Assembly (NCBI GenBank): GCA_950097015.1
Contig: CATNEN010000038.1
Location: 31,992,001 to 32,056,000, forward strand
Reading direction: 5' to 3'
DNA from: Macrostomum hystrix
Taxonomy: Eukaryota; Animalia; Platyhelminthes
Length of the DNA stretch: 64,000 bases
Below are positions 1 through 11,903 of the stretch, in pieces; within the stretch, counting starts at the first letter, position 1, and each line of letters starts with the position of its first letter. The translations under genes were made by a program, and so were the position numbers. The notes beneath the pieces are model-generated. The model did not search any database, had not been told where the DNA came from, and worked only from the letters and a program-made list of their open reading frames with translations.

Positions 1-2
1 CG

Positions 3-1673
3 GATTTCGGTGGTGAACTCCGACACGTATGCGAGGTGCCGCTGCTGGCGTGCCGACCACGGGTCCGACAGCTTGGCCATGGCTGCCACTAGGGGCTTGT
101 GGTCGGTGTAGGCGGTGAAAAAGCGGCCTTCCAAAAAGTAGCGGAAGTGCCTAGTGGCGAGATAGAGAGCGAGCAACTCACGGTCGAAAGCGCTGTACTT
201 TTGTTCAGCGGGACGCAGCTGCCGACTGAAGAATGCCAGCGGCTGCCACGCCTCACTGATACGCTGCTCCAGGACCGCCCCTATGGCGGTGTTCGAGGCG
301 TCGACCGTCAGCGCCGTTGGAGCGCCGAGCTGTGGATGGGCGAGCATGGCGGCGTCTGCGAGAGCGTGCTTCGTACTGTTGAAGGCATCCGTCAGCTCCG
401 GCGTCCACTGAACAAACTTTTCCTTGCTGGCCAGGGCGCCGTAGATGGGGCGCAGCAGCTGGGCGGCTCGCGGCACGAACCGGTGATAGAAGTTCACCAT
501 ACCGGCAAACTCCTGTAGGCCCTTGACCGTCGCAGGCGGCGCGAACCGAGTGATGGCGTCGACCTTGTCGGGCAGCGGCACGGCCCCACGGCTATTAATG
601 CGGTGACCCAGGAAGTCAATTTCACTGCGGCCAAACTGGCATTTAGCCGGGTTGGTAAGGAGGCCGTTGTCGGCCAGGCGCTGGAACAGCACACGCAGGT
701 GCTTCAGGTGCTGCTGAGGATCGCTGCTCGCCACCAGGAAGTCGTCGATGTAGGCGAACACGAAGTCCAGGTCCTGGCAGACCGTGTCGATCAACCTCTG
801 GAAGGCCTGGGCGGCATTTTTAAGGCCGAAAGGCATGCGAAGAAATTCAAACAGGCCAAACGGGGTGATGACAGCCGTCTTAGCGACGTCGGCCTCCGCG
901 ACCGGGATTTGATGATAGCCGCGAACTAGGTCGATTTTTGAAAATATTTTGCATCCGGACAGCCTCGCTGAGAAGTCCTGGATGTGTGGCACCGGGTAAC
1001 GGTCAGGCACCGTGGCATCATTGAGCCGCCGAAAATCCCCACAGGGCCGCCAACCGCCTGAGGATTTGGGCACCATATGTAGTGGCGACGAGCAGGGGCT
1101 GCACGACCGCTGCACAATGCCGAGCTGCTCCAGAGTGCGGAACTCGTCTTTAGCCACCGCCAGCTTGTCCGGTGGCAGGCGGCGCGCCCTGGCATGAACA
1201 GGAGGCCCGGTCGTTGGTATATGGTGCTCCACGCCGTGACGAGGCTGGGCCTTTTGGAAGCTTGGCTCTGTCAGCGTAGGGAACTCGGCGAGTAGCTGGC
1301 TGTACGGGTCTCCGGCAACCGCGGCGGCCAACTGCGGGGCCGTGCCAGAGCCGAGCACCAGGTGAACACTGGACAACGAGCTAGCGTCCAGCAAGCGACG
1401 GTTCGGCAGGTCCACCAAGAGGCCATGATGCCTCAGAAAATCGGCGCCGATCAACGGTCGGGACACTTCGGCAAGGATGAACGGCCAGGTGCAGGTCTTG
1501 ACGCCGAGGTCAATTGTGAGCGTCTGGCTGCCGAAGGTACGTATCAGGCTGCCGTTGGCCGCGAAAAGTGGCGGGCCAGGTGGGTGCGTGCGGGCGTCGG
1601 CCCCTGAGACCGGAAAAATGCTCACCTCTGCGCGGGTCGAGGCATTCACTGACGGCCGGCCGGTCCATTTCCC
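3..1673 (-). CDS. pol: Pol polyprotein, partial (protease remnant, reverse transcriptase, RNase H); not in the ORF track because it is open to the window edge
   Basis: Manual translation gives AEVSIFP...[56 protein letters not shown] (741-752), LTVDAS, FDRELLA, TDHKPL. Confidence 0.92.
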
Positions 1674-2350
1674 GAGTACCGGCAGGGCTGTTCACAACGC
1701 CGGGCCTTGGAGCCGAACTTCCGGTGGAAAAAACAGACCGGACCGCCTACCTCTCTGGGCTGGTGCTGCTGTGGCTGGGCCCGGGCTGGACCGGCGGCCG
1801 TGGCCTGCCGAGCTGCGGCGGCAACTACTGGCTGGTCGTGCGCCAGCGAGGCGGCTGCCAATGTCTGGGCGCGGCTTGCCCAGAGCCGGTCCGCGAGCTG
1901 CGCGACCACTCTCGGGTCTTTAAAATCGGCGGAGACCAGTGCCATACGGATGTCGGCTGGCAGTTGCTGGCGGAACAGCTCTTCGAAAAGCATGCATGGC
2001 CGATGGTCGCCTAGCAGTGCCAGCATCTCGTCCATGAGTTCGGACGGGCGGCGGTCACCAAGGCCGGCCAGGTTGAGCAGCCGGCTGGCCCGCTGCTGCT
2101 GTGTCAGGCCGAAAGTGCCAAGAAGCCGGTCCTTGAGCACACCGTACTTGTTTTCCGTGGGCGGATTCTCCAGCACGTCCAGCAGACGCTCGGCCGACTG
2201 CTGATCGAGCGCTGCTACGAGGTGGCAGTACTTGGTGTCGTCTTGCGAAATGCCTCGGAGAGTGAATTGTGCCTCCGCCTGGATAAACCAGGCGCGGGGC
2301 TGGCTGACCCAAAACGTGGGCAGCTTGAGTGCTACTGCAGACTCAGTCAT
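1646..2350 (-). CDS. gag: Gag protein of CsRN1-like Gypsy element
   Basis: 234 aa ORF with N-terminal LKLPTFW...[22 protein letters not shown] and C-terminal [18 protein letters not shown] (CHCC type). Confidence 0.92.
   Translation of the reverse strand: MTESAVALKLPTFWVSQPRAWFIQAEAQFTLRGISQDDTKYCHLVAALDQQSAERLLDVLENPPTENKYGVLKDRLLGTFGLTQQQRASRLLNLAGLGDRRPSELMDEMLALLGDHRPCMLFEELFRQQLPADIRMALVSADFKDPRVVAQLADRLWASRAQTLAAASLAHDQPVVAAAARQATAAGPARAQPQQHQPREVGGPVCFFHRKFGSKARRCEQPCRYSGNGPAGRQ
1667..1673 (-). promoter_or_regulatory. -1 ribosomal frameshift slippery heptamer G_GGA_AAT
   Basis: X_XXY_YYZ pattern in the gag frame six codons before the gag stop; the -1 frame is the pol frame. Confidence 0.75.
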
Positions 2351-2370
2351 CTCAAACTATCGGTTTGAGA

Positions 2371-2383
2371 GTCGGGCTCACCA
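2371..2383 (-). promoter_or_regulatory. Primer binding site, tRNA-Trp-like
   Basis: TGGTGAGCCCGAC lies 1 nt after the LTR end (GCTACA) and differs at one position from the TGGTGACCCCGAC tRNA-Trp PBS type. Confidence 0.8.
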
Positions 2384-2384
2384 A

Positions 2385-2592
2385 TGTAGCGATTGCGGCC
2401 ACGTAATGTTAAATTTTATTTGGCGGAGAACAGGTAGAGTGCAGCGCGTTCCAAAAGATAATGATTTATAGGCCGGCGCGTGTACATGAGCTTAAGCCCA
2501 ATGCACACTGCCCCGGCCCAGCGCAAGTGCTAGTCAAAGTTGGGGTGGCCGACCTACCACCACGCAGGGCGCTGGAGAGAGCGGCCGCCACA
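2385..2592 (-). repeat. 5' LTR (~208 bp) of CsRN1-like element
   Basis: Minus strand TGTGGCG...CGCTACA terminal inverted repeat, TATAAA (2465-2470), AATAAA (2415-2420); abrupt switch to AT-rich host DNA at 2593; the partner LTR is outside the window. Confidence 0.8.
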
Positions 2593-2807
2593 CGTTTATC
2601 AATAAATCACCCACTCAGTAATCAATATATCAATAAATCTATTCATTAATCAATCACTGAGCCACCAATACATCTAAGGCACTTAACCAAGTATCAGTCA
2701 GTCTTATCAGTCTTAGGAATCCAATAAATCGATCAATAAACTTCCCATCTTCTACTCACTGGCCGTATAATCACCGAATTACCATCCAACCACCCTCTCC
2801 GACACAG

Positions 2808-3444
2808 TTTCGGCAGCGTGTTCGCCCTCCTGGCCAATCAGCAGCTGCGGGACCAGCTGTCCAGCGGGAAGGCCTTCGCAAACATCAGCGGAGCTTCCAG
2901 TCGCATTGCCGATTCCCTGGAGACTGCAGTCAATCGCGGTCGCAATGCCACGCCTGGCGTCATTGACAACTTGGCCAATAATCTGAGACCGAAAGCCAAC
3001 GCAACTCTTCAACGATTTCAACAACGGCTTAGCGGCGTCAATGTCAACGACAGCGTCATCAATGCAACTAGTGCGTTCCTGGCTTTCGGCGATGCTATTG
3101 GAAAGTTTAGATGGATGCAGAATCGAACCAGCGATGTCCTGGCGCGTTTTCAGGCCTATATCGACTCCATCACAGCTTTAAACAGAACTATTACTGACAT
3201 GAAGCAGAATTTAACTCAGCCACAGTTTGTCTGCCCTAATCCGGCTCAAGCTGCTGATTGTCATGTGGTGAATTACACCCTGCAGAATTTTAGTGGAGTG
3301 GAGGATAATTTCAACCCGGTTATCATGCAGAGCTTAACAGACTTCAATCATCAGCTAGTCAAGGTCAATAGTACGGCACTGCTGGCTATCATTAAAGATG
3401 GAGAGGGAGTTCTGGCCAATGTCACCGCTTTTGGCATGGATGCG
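2808..3444 (+). CDS. prom: Prominin-family gene copy A, internal exon (end of TM2/TM3 region and first large extracellular loop)
   Basis: Acceptor gacacag|T, donor GCG|gtgagt; FGSVFALLANQQL followed by a helical, N-glycosylation-rich ectodomain. Confidence 0.8.
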
Positions 3445-3483
3445 GTGAGTGACGGAAGCACCCAGCGTCACAAGGGAGGGAAT

Positions 3484-3899
3484 TCTGAGTGTGGGAAGGG
3501 GATTTTGAGTGAGGGAAGGGGATTCTGAGTGAGGGAATAGGATTCTCAGTGAGGGAAGGGGATTCTGAGTGAGGAAAGGGGATTCTGAGTGAGGGAAGGG
3601 GATTCTGAGTGAGGGAATGGGATTCTCAGTGAGGGAAGGGGATTCTGAGTGAGGGAATGGGATTCTCAGTGAGGAAAGGGGATTCTGAGTGAGGGAAGGG
3701 GATTCTGAGTGAGGGAATAGGATTCTCAGTGAGGGAAGGGGATTCTGAGTGAGGGAATGGGATTCTCAGTGAGGGAAGGGGATTCTGAGTGAGGAAAGGG
3801 GATTCTGAGTGAGGAAAGGGGATTCTGAGTGAGGGAAGGGGATTCTGAGTGAGGGAATAGGATTCTCAGTGAGGGAAGGGGATTCTGAGTGAGGAAAGG
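3484..3899. repeat. 20-nt intronic minisatellite GAGGGAAGGGGATTCTGAGT
   Basis: About 20 tandem units visible. Confidence 0.95.
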
Positions 3900-3968
3900 C
3901 TGAGTGACGTGGCGTGACGGTTTCGGGTTCTAAATTATGCGCGCCCGCGCTTCCGCGTGTCATTCCAG

Positions 3969-4404
3969 TTTGAAAAGTACATAGCCGAGGCGCAGAGCAA
4001 TCTGAACAGGAACAACAGCCAGATCATGTCCCAGTGGGCTACAATCAACCAGTCCCTAACGCAGCTATCCGCTGAGCTGCGTCGCTATGGCAACATTAGC
4101 GCTTTCCAAGTGTTCAATCCGATCTCAAGGCAGGAGGAGCCAGTTTGGGAAATGGCGTCCTATTTTGATTCTTTCCGATATTACATCTGCATCGGGCTAG
4201 TGACCTTCTGCCTGCTTTTGGTGCTGCTGTTGTACATGGGATTATTGTTCGGCTGCGCTGGCGAGCCGCCATTCGAAGACTCCGGCTGCTGCAACCGCGG
4301 CGTCGGCGCCAACTGCCTCCTGGCCAGCGTGGGACTCGGCTGCCTGTTCTACGCCCTGCTGATGCTCATCGCAATGCTCTTCTTCCTTGGCGGCGGCTTG
4401 GCGG
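3969..4404 (+). CDS. prom: Prominin copy A exon (two TM helices and Cys-rich linker)
   Basis: Acceptor ttccag|TTT, donor G|gtgagt; FRYYICIGLVTFCLLLVLLLYMGLLFGC...GCCNRGVGANCLL...FFLGG is typical of invertebrate prominins. Confidence 0.9.
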
Positions 4405-4439
4405 GTGAGTTGCATACAGCCTGCTGTGGGATCGCGACA

Positions 4440-4683
4440 TGGGATCTCTGTGGGAGTTCAGAATGGGATCTTTTAGGGACTGCAGAGTGGGATCTCTTAG
4501 GGACTGCAGAGTGGGATCTCTAAGGGACTCATGAGTGGGATCTTTTAGGGACTGCAGAGTGGGATCTTTTAGGGACTGTACAGTGGGATCTTTTAGGGAC
4601 TGTACAGTGGGATCTTTTAGGGACTGTACAGTGGGATTTTTAGGGACTGCAGAGTGGGATTTCCGACGGGCTGCACAGTGGGA
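4440..4683. repeat. 24-nt intronic minisatellite GGGATCTTTTAGGGACTGCAGAGT
   Basis: About 10 tandem units. Confidence 0.95.
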
Positions 4684-4744
4684 ACTATGTCGAAATGTTT
4701 TTTGGCACTAATAATTGAATAAGTTTCCTTGCTTTGAATGGCAG

Positions 4745-5124
4745 AGACCGAAGTATGTCGCTACGTCAGCGGCCGGACCGGCAACTATGGCTACTCGCTG
4801 CTAGATGAATTTGTTAATCGACTCATCGAGCGAAATGTTCCTTCCCCACAGAATTTGTCACTTCACAACCTGGCCAAGAAGCCAGTGAGTATGCTATTGT
4901 CCGGCTGTGAGGGTCAGACCCTTGCCGAGGCAATCGATCTGAACGTCCTGTCAAATTATTTCGGCCTGCCCGACTTGATCAATCGATTTATCAATCAAAC
5001 TGTGAACAGCGTGGCCAAACAGGTATCAGACTATTTTCAGGGACTCACGCTAAATGCTAGCGAGTTGCGCAACATGCAGGAACTTTCTAAGAATGCAACG
5101 CTTAGAAACTTTACCCAGTTTGAG
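4745..5124 (+). CDS. prom: Prominin copy A exon (second extracellular loop)
   Basis: Acceptor ggcag|AG completes the phase-1 codon GAG (LAETEVCRY); donor GAG|gtgagt. Confidence 0.85.
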
Positions 5125-5214
5125 GTGAGTTACAGCCACTCTGGTCAGCTTTTCTAAACTATAGTTTACTCTTGAGCATTTCTACTCAATGCTTTGTTGC
5201 TTCAACTCGTGTGA

Positions 5215-5595
5215 ATGGGAATGGAATGGGATTCTTCTTTTTAGATTAAGGAATGGGAGTTTTCTAGTTTGGGAATAGGATTCTTTTTAGGTTAAAGAAT
5301 GGGATTTTTCATGTTTGGAAATGGGAGTTTTCATGCTTGGGAATGGGATTTTTCATGCTTGAGAATGGGATTTTTCAGGTTTGGGAATGGGATTTCAGGA
5401 TTAGTAATGGGATTTCAGAATTAGCAATGGGATTTCAGGATTAGCAATGGGATTTCAGGAGTAGTAATAGGATTTCAGGAATAGTAATAGGATTTCACGA
5501 TTAGTAATAATATTTCAGGATTACTAATAGGATTTCAGGAGTAGTAATGGGATTACATGATTACTAATGGGATTTCAGGATTTGTAATGGGTTTC
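5215..5595. repeat. Intronic minisatellite: degenerate ~23-nt units grading into 20-nt AATGGGATTTCAGGATTAGT
   Basis: Tandem units visible. Confidence 0.9.
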
Positions 5596-5780
5596 CGCGA
5601 AGTAGTGTCGGGATTTTTTGGGACTACAAACTGGACTATATAGATTCGCAGTTTAGCATAGTCTATGGTTTAAGTTGCGGTTCAAGTTGCTTCGGTCAAG
5701 TGCATACTACTTAGGCTGCTAACGAGTAGTAGTGAGCAGGAATTAGCTCGTAATTGTTTAAATTTGATTTTGCTCCTCAG

Positions 5781-6361
5781 ACTCATGTCAGAAAGGTCTT
5801 GCCTGACTTCGGCCTGGCGTCTCTCCTAGCAGCTTTGGCCAATATCTCGCGCCACTCAGCCGTTCCGGAAAATGCTAGATACGACAGCCTCCACAACAAC
5901 CTAGCAACTGCCGTTGCCAATGGAAACAACACGGGCGAGGCCTTTCTAACCCAGCTGCGGACCCTGGACTCGGCAGTTGCCGACCTCAACACCAGTTTAG
6001 CTAGCCTGACTTTAATCCTGACTAAACTGGAATCGAACCTGCGCTCACCCGCCATCCTGAGCAGCCTCATCCACCAGTCGGCTGTGGAAGGCGGCATCGG
6101 GTCAGCGGAGCAGCTGCTCAACCAGACAATTTTTCCAGCCTTGGCCGGCCTGCTCTCCTCCGCGTTGGACTGTAGGAGTCTCGGCGCCTCCCTGCGAAGC
6201 ATTGTCGGCACTCCCTGTGTTAGCCTGCTGAGACCATTCAACGGCTTCTGGGCCGGCTATGGACTGTGCCTCATCTGCCTCCTGCCCTGCCTCATACTGG
6301 CCATCAAACTGGCCAATCTGTACAGGAAGACTCAGAAATACCTGCCTGATTTTGAGGACGG
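5781..6361 (+). CDS. prom: Prominin copy A exon (end of loop 2 and last TM helix)
   Basis: Acceptor cctcag|ACT, donor GG|gtgagt; C...C...PFNGFWAGYGLCLICLLPCLILAIKLANLYRK prominin signature. Confidence 0.9.
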
Positions 6362-6461
6362 GTGAGTGTGCTTTTGATGCCTGCAGCGAAATTGCTTTGA
6401 GTCGCATTTACAACTGCGCGTAACTGGTAACACCTCAGTATTTTACACAATCCACTGTAAA

Positions 6462-7530
6462 CCTTAACCCCATTCCCAAATATCCCCCAAACCCCATTCT
6501 CAAATATCCCCAAACTCCATTCTCAAATATTCCCTAAACCCATTCTTAATATCCCCCCAAACCCAATTCTCAAATATCACATAACCCCATTCCCAAATAT
6601 CCCCAACCCAATTCCCAAATATCCCCTAACCCCATTCCCAAGTATCCCCTAACCCCATTCCCAAATATCCCCTAACCCCATTCCCAAGTATCCCCTAACC
6701 CCATTCCCAAGTATCCCCTAACCCCATTCCCGAATATCGCCTAACAAAATTCCCAAATATCCCCTAACCCCATTCCCAAATATCCCTAACCCCATTCTCA
6801 AATATTCCCTAACCCCATTCTCAAATATTCCCTAACCCCATTCCCAAATATCCCCTAACCCCATTCCCAAATATCCCCTAACCTCATTCCCAAGTATCCC
6901 CTAACCCCATTCCCAAGTATCCCCTAACCCCATTCCCAAATATCCCCTAACCCCATTCCCAAATATCCCCTAACCCCATTCCCAAATATCCCCTAACCCC
7001 ATTCCCAAATATCCCCTAACCCCATTCCCAAGTATCCCCTAACCCCATTCCCAAATATCCCCTAACCCCATTCCCGAATATCGCCTAACAAAATTCCCAA
7101 ATATCCCCTAACCCCATTCCCAAATATCCCTAACCCCATTCTCAAATATTCCCTAACCCCATTCTCAAATATTCCCTAACCCCATTCCCAAATATCCCCT
7201 AACCCCATTCCCAAATATCCCCTAACCCCATTCCCAAGTATCCCCTAACCCCATTCCCAAGTATCCCCTAACCCCGTTCCCAAATACCCCCTAACCCCAT
7301 TCCCAACTATCCCCTAACCCCATTCCCAAATATCCCCTAACCCCATTCCCAAGTATCCCCTAACCCCATTCCCAAGTATCCCCTAACCCCGTTCCCAAAT
7401 ACCCCCTAACCCCATTCCCAAGTATCCCCTAACCCCATTCCCAAATACCCCCAACCCCATTCCCAAGTATCCCCTAACCCCATTCCCAAGTATCCCCTAA
7501 CCCAATCCTCAAAATTCCCAAAACCCTATT
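6462..7530. repeat. 23-nt minisatellite ATCCCCTAACCCCATTCCCAAAT (contains CCCTAA)
   Basis: About 45 tandem units. Confidence 0.95.
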
Positions 7531-7611
7531 CCATCGTATCCTTAAACTCATTTCCATCTATCTTCTAATTCACCCGTGAGAAAATGCTCAACTGCTAATT
7601 GATCACTACAG

Positions 7612-7647
7612 ACGCAAGTATGAATACGGTGCGTTGTCACATGTTAG
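7612..7647 (+). CDS. Candidate 36-nt cytoplasmic-tail microexon of prominin A (RKYEYGALSHV)
   Basis: ctaat branch-like site, ctacag acceptor, AG|gtgagg donor; phase 2-2, compatible with the preceding exon. Confidence 0.4.
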
Positions 7648-7903
7648 GTGAGGCATCGCATCACACACAGGGAAAATAGAACTAAAGCTCAAATCATATT
7701 AATTTAATCATTATTTTATTAGTCGATATAATTCCATCAGCAATCGACGAAAAACTATTATTACTAAAATGTTTTTAGCACTTCAAACTGGGTTTTTTAA
7801 CTGTCACATTCTAAGCTTCACAGTGTGATTCTCGCATTTTCACAACCCCTCCATTTCTCTCTATCTGAGCACTTTAGCAATTGATTGTTTAATTAAATTT
7901 CAG

Positions 7904-7961
7904 AATGGCAACAAACACTTATCTAACGGATCACCCAATGATCAATTGGTCATTTATTTAA
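7904..7961 (+). CDS. Candidate terminal coding exon of prominin A
   Basis: tttcag acceptor; the phase-2 reading gives MATNTYLTDHPMINWSFI-stop; no homology support. Confidence 0.22.
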
Positions 7962-8518
7962 CCAATTTAAAGCTTAAAGAAGTTAGTCTTCTATTTGTAA
8001 ACAAACTGTCAAATGCGTTGTCTAGCCCGGCTTTTGTTAGCTGTTTCTAGATGTGTTTTTAGTGAATTCAAATATAAATTAAAGCCTTAGAAAACTATTC
8101 TTTATAAACGCATTTCCTTGCTGCACTACTGGCCGGGAAAAAAAGTAGTAAAGAGAGTAAATTTCGCACTGCTCAGCAGTTTCTGTTAGAAAGACACAAC
8201 TGGCACTTATTGGCCATTATTTGCATGTTGTCTGCACTACCTGTATCCACGATTTGTAGTGTAGCATTCGAATTGGTTTACACAAAACATTTGAGAATAC
8301 CAATTTATTATTAAACTAGCTTGCCGAATCTCGCCGAAAATTTCAGAAATCCGAAGCCTATTTAAGCAGTCGGACCAACGACCTTCAGTCTGGGATTCCG
8401 GCTTAACATTGTGGAAGGACTGCGATTTGTGAGGAATGTGATAACATCTTATTGCTTTCAATTGGTCTATTGCTTTACTTTTCCTGCATAATACAATTAC
8501 TGGTCTCTGCTTCTTCCC

Positions 8519-9039
8519 GAGAATTATCCTCCTAACCCCAAATATTTGAGAATTATCCTCCAACCCACTGAGAATTATCCTCCAACCCACTGAGAATTAT
8601 CCTCCAACCCACTGAGAATTATCCTCAACCCACTGAGAATTATCCTCCAACCCACTGAGAATTATCCTCAACCCACTGAGAATTATCCTCCAACCCACTG
8701 AGAATTATCCTCAACCCACTGAGAATTATCCTCCAACGCACTGAGAATTATCCTCCAACCCACTGAGAATTATCCTCCAACCCACTGAGAATTATCCTCC
8801 AACGCACTGAGAATTATCCTCCAACCCACTGAGAATTATCCTCCAACGCACTGAGAATTATCCTCCAACCCACTGAGAATTATCCTCCAACGCACTGAGA
8901 ATTATCCTCCAACCCACTGAGAATTATCCCATAACCCACTGAGAATTATCCTCCAACCCACTGAGAATTATCCTCCAACCCACTGAGAATTATCCTCAAC
9001 CCACTGAGAATTATCCTCCAACGCACTGAGAATTATCCT
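8519..9039. repeat. 22-nt minisatellite GAGAATTATCCTCCAACCCACT, block 1
   Basis: Tandem units visible. Confidence 0.95.
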
Positions 9040-9936
9040 GAAATGATGTTTGTTCAGTTTTCGAGCAAGATGGACCACAGCCCCTTTTTGTTATTTTCGA
9101 TGCCTTACGCTTTCTTATATGAAATATTTTCTAACTTTTAATAGTTTTTTGTTTCAATATATCCCAGAGACTTTTATAGTACAGGCTTTGCTGTGAAATC
9201 AGTGAACCATTCTATATTTATTTGTCACGAGACGTTTTAAAAGCGAATTTTTCTCGAAGTGTTCTAAACTTCTAAATGTGGAATATTTGAAACAGGTATT
9301 TTTCTAATCCCTCTGTGATCTATCTCCTTGATGGTGGTGAGTGTGAAGTAATTCCATTATTCATTTCAGTGCAATAACTCGCTTGTTTTATAAAAAAATA
9401 TTTTGCATGAAATTATCGCATGGCTGCTACATGGTTTATTGTCTGCCGCAAATTATTAACCACATATTAAATAATTAAATTGATCTGTAAAATCAGAAAT
9501 AATTAAACGCCTGCAAATTTAGTAAGAAATCAGTAAACTTTGTTAATATGCTGTAAGTGTTCTTAACTTCTTTAATTTATTTCTCAATTCGATACACAAA
9601 TAGAATGTGATAAATGCTTTTGGCAATAATTTCGAATGAGCTTGAATGTCATTATGCAATACTTTCGTCAGTTGCAAAACTTTTCTCTATCAAATTAGTT
9701 ATTGCATAATCCATTTTAAAATTCTTATAGCTTTCTCAGAACAACTTAACGAATAAAGAAACAAAATGCACCCACATACTGAATTTCACTGCCGAATGCC
9801 AGCACTTGTGACGTAACTGATAGCACATTTGGGTGGAAATGGTCAGTCCAATTTGTCACCACTGCAGTAAAATATGTGCGGATTTATTCCACCGTGAACC
9901 ACGTTTGTGTTTGCGTAACAATTAGTGACTCGAAAA

Positions 9937-10455
9937 CACTGAGAATTATCCCCTAACCCACTGAGAATTATCCTCCAACCCAGTGAGAATTATCCCATAA
10001 CCCACTGAGAATTATCCTCCAACCCACTGAGAATTATCCCATAACCCACTGAGAATTATCCCCTAACCCACTGAGAATTATCCTCCAACCCACTGAGAAT
10101 TATTCCATAACCCACTGAGAATTATCCTCCAACCCACTGAGAATTATCCTCCAACCCAGTGAGAATTATCCCATAACCCACTGAGAATTATCCTCCAATC
10201 CACTGAGAATTATCCCATAACCCACTGAGAATTATCCCCTAACCCACTGAGAATTATCCTCCAACCCACTGAGAATTATCCTCCAACCCACTGAGAATTA
10301 TCCTCCAACCCACTGAGAATTATCCTCCAACCCCCTGAGAATTATCCCATAACCCACTGAGAATTATCCTCCAACCCACTGAGAATTATCCTCCAACCCA
10401 CTGAGAATTATCCTCAACCCACTAAGAATTATCCTCAACCCACTAAGAATTATCC
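9937..10455. repeat. 22-nt minisatellite GAGAATTATCCTCCAACCCACT, block 2
   Basis: Same unit and orientation as block 1. Confidence 0.95.
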
Positions 10456-10583
10456 AACACATTACGAATCACCCTTCAACCCACAGCAGCAAGTCCTCGT
10501 GGTCATATTTTGAAGTTATAGAAGATCTACTTCCTAACTAATATATACTCAGCAACAGCTAAACCCCCCCAACTCACGCTGTC

Positions 10584-10914
10584 ACACTGCCCAAAAGTAT
10601 TGTGTGCCATCGGTGACTCAGAAATGTGTGAAGGCTGCCGCCGCCAGACGCGAGCGCAAAGTGCGGCATGGGGGATTTGGAGAGGGGGTGGCGCAACTCC
10701 CTCCTGCTACAGCCTACAGCAGCAGTTTCTGCCATTTGCTACGACAACCTTTGGCGGCCCGCAGAACTGCATGCTTCAAGACGACAACGCTGCGCCACAT
10801 CGAGCAGCACACGTGCAGCTGCTGAAGGAGCAGCTCGGCATTCGCACATTGAACTGGCCGTCAAAGTCTCCAGACATGAACCCCATCGAGCATGGGTGGG
10901 ACTTTGTTATTTAA
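10584..10914 (+). pseudogene. Tc1-family (DD34E) transposase remnant
   Basis: LQDDNAAPH...WPSKSPDMNPIEHGWD with 34 residues between D and E; N-terminus missing; a Tc1-TIR-like ACACTGCCCAAAAGTATTG lies just upstream. Confidence 0.85.
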
Positions 10915-11773
10915 ATTGGCATGCATCAAATCCTATGCTCATTGGGATCAAACGGCTGATAAATCCCAATTGTCATCGCTGGCCAAATTATTTTTAATTA
11001 ATTAATATTACTCAAGTTTTAATCAGTTTGCACAGAAACAATAACCAAAAACAACTTTAGCATTAACAAACAACCTGAACTTGCTCTTGATTAATTATTG
11101 TGTAGCAAATCGTAAAATTGTTATTGTATCGTACTTACTAAAAATAGTTTTCTGTCGTAGAAATTTCTAGAATTTTCTTAGACTTTCTTTAGGAATTGTT
11201 TGTATTCCTATGTATTGATATGAAATAGATAAATAATTTAAAACATGCGCATTTACTTTGTTTGTATCAACCTGTTAATACAGCTGGTCAGTCTGTACAA
11301 AATTAGTTATATTATATTTGTTATAATTGTAAAGAACTTTCCAGAAAGCCGTTAATAACTACGAGCGTAGTTATAACTAATAACTAATACCTCGTATAAA
11401 TATACAGGAGGTACCCAGCCTAAAGTTTAACCGTCTTTTTACTTCTTCAAACACAACCTTAAAACTACAAACGAACCACCGCTTTCACTTCATTTATTGA
11501 AACCCACTACAATTGCATTTCGGACTTGGCTAGCAAAATGAATAGATTAATAAGTTACGCTATACTACTAGGACGCTTGTAGCGAATATGGTGACAGGTG
11601 AGTTATTTATAAATGCGCAATAAAAATGGGCTTGTACAGAATAATAAAAAAATAGACTTAATTTATACGAGAAGGAGACGCAAGCAAAAGTTAAAGTTGA
11701 ACTAAGAAAATAAGCCGCAGTAAGAACTGTACTTATAGGAAAAACATTACGCATTTAAAATTGTCACGTGAAA

Positions 11774-11903
11774 TCACTCGCAACCCTGTTCAACTCTTCG
11801 CAGGTTTGGTGGCGGCCTTTTTAATAGGCGTCTTCTTCGGCGTTTCCGCCTTCGTCTTCTTGGTCGCGGCCGCTTTCGGTTTTTTTGCAGCCTTCGGCGC
11901 TGC
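11774..11903 (-). CDS. Candidate terminal coding exon of prominin B (reading frame unresolved)
   Basis: GC-rich island directly after the intron-4 repeat, with tandem acceptors tttttattAG/gcAG; see finding. Confidence 0.4.

Larger units (their letters stand above)
1..2592 (-). mobile_element. Ty3/Gypsy LTR retrotransposon, CsRN1-like clade; 5' LTR, gag and partial pol, running off the left edge
   Basis: The minus strand reads LTR (TG...CA), tRNA-Trp-like PBS, gag with a Cx2Hx9Cx3C motif, then PR-RT(YIDD)-RNaseH in the -1 frame. Confidence 0.93.

Noticed and set aside
99-2204. Plus-strand ORFs over the first retrotransposon, and alternative-frame ORFs across 22866-26786
   Set aside because: Shadow ORFs of GC-rich gag/pol coding sequence
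6462-7530. Telomere or interstitial telomeric array
   Set aside because: CCCTAA occurs once per 23-nt unit, not as tandem hexamers
8237-8590. 117-aa minus-strand ORF
   Set aside because: Starts inside a minisatellite and has no motif I can recognise
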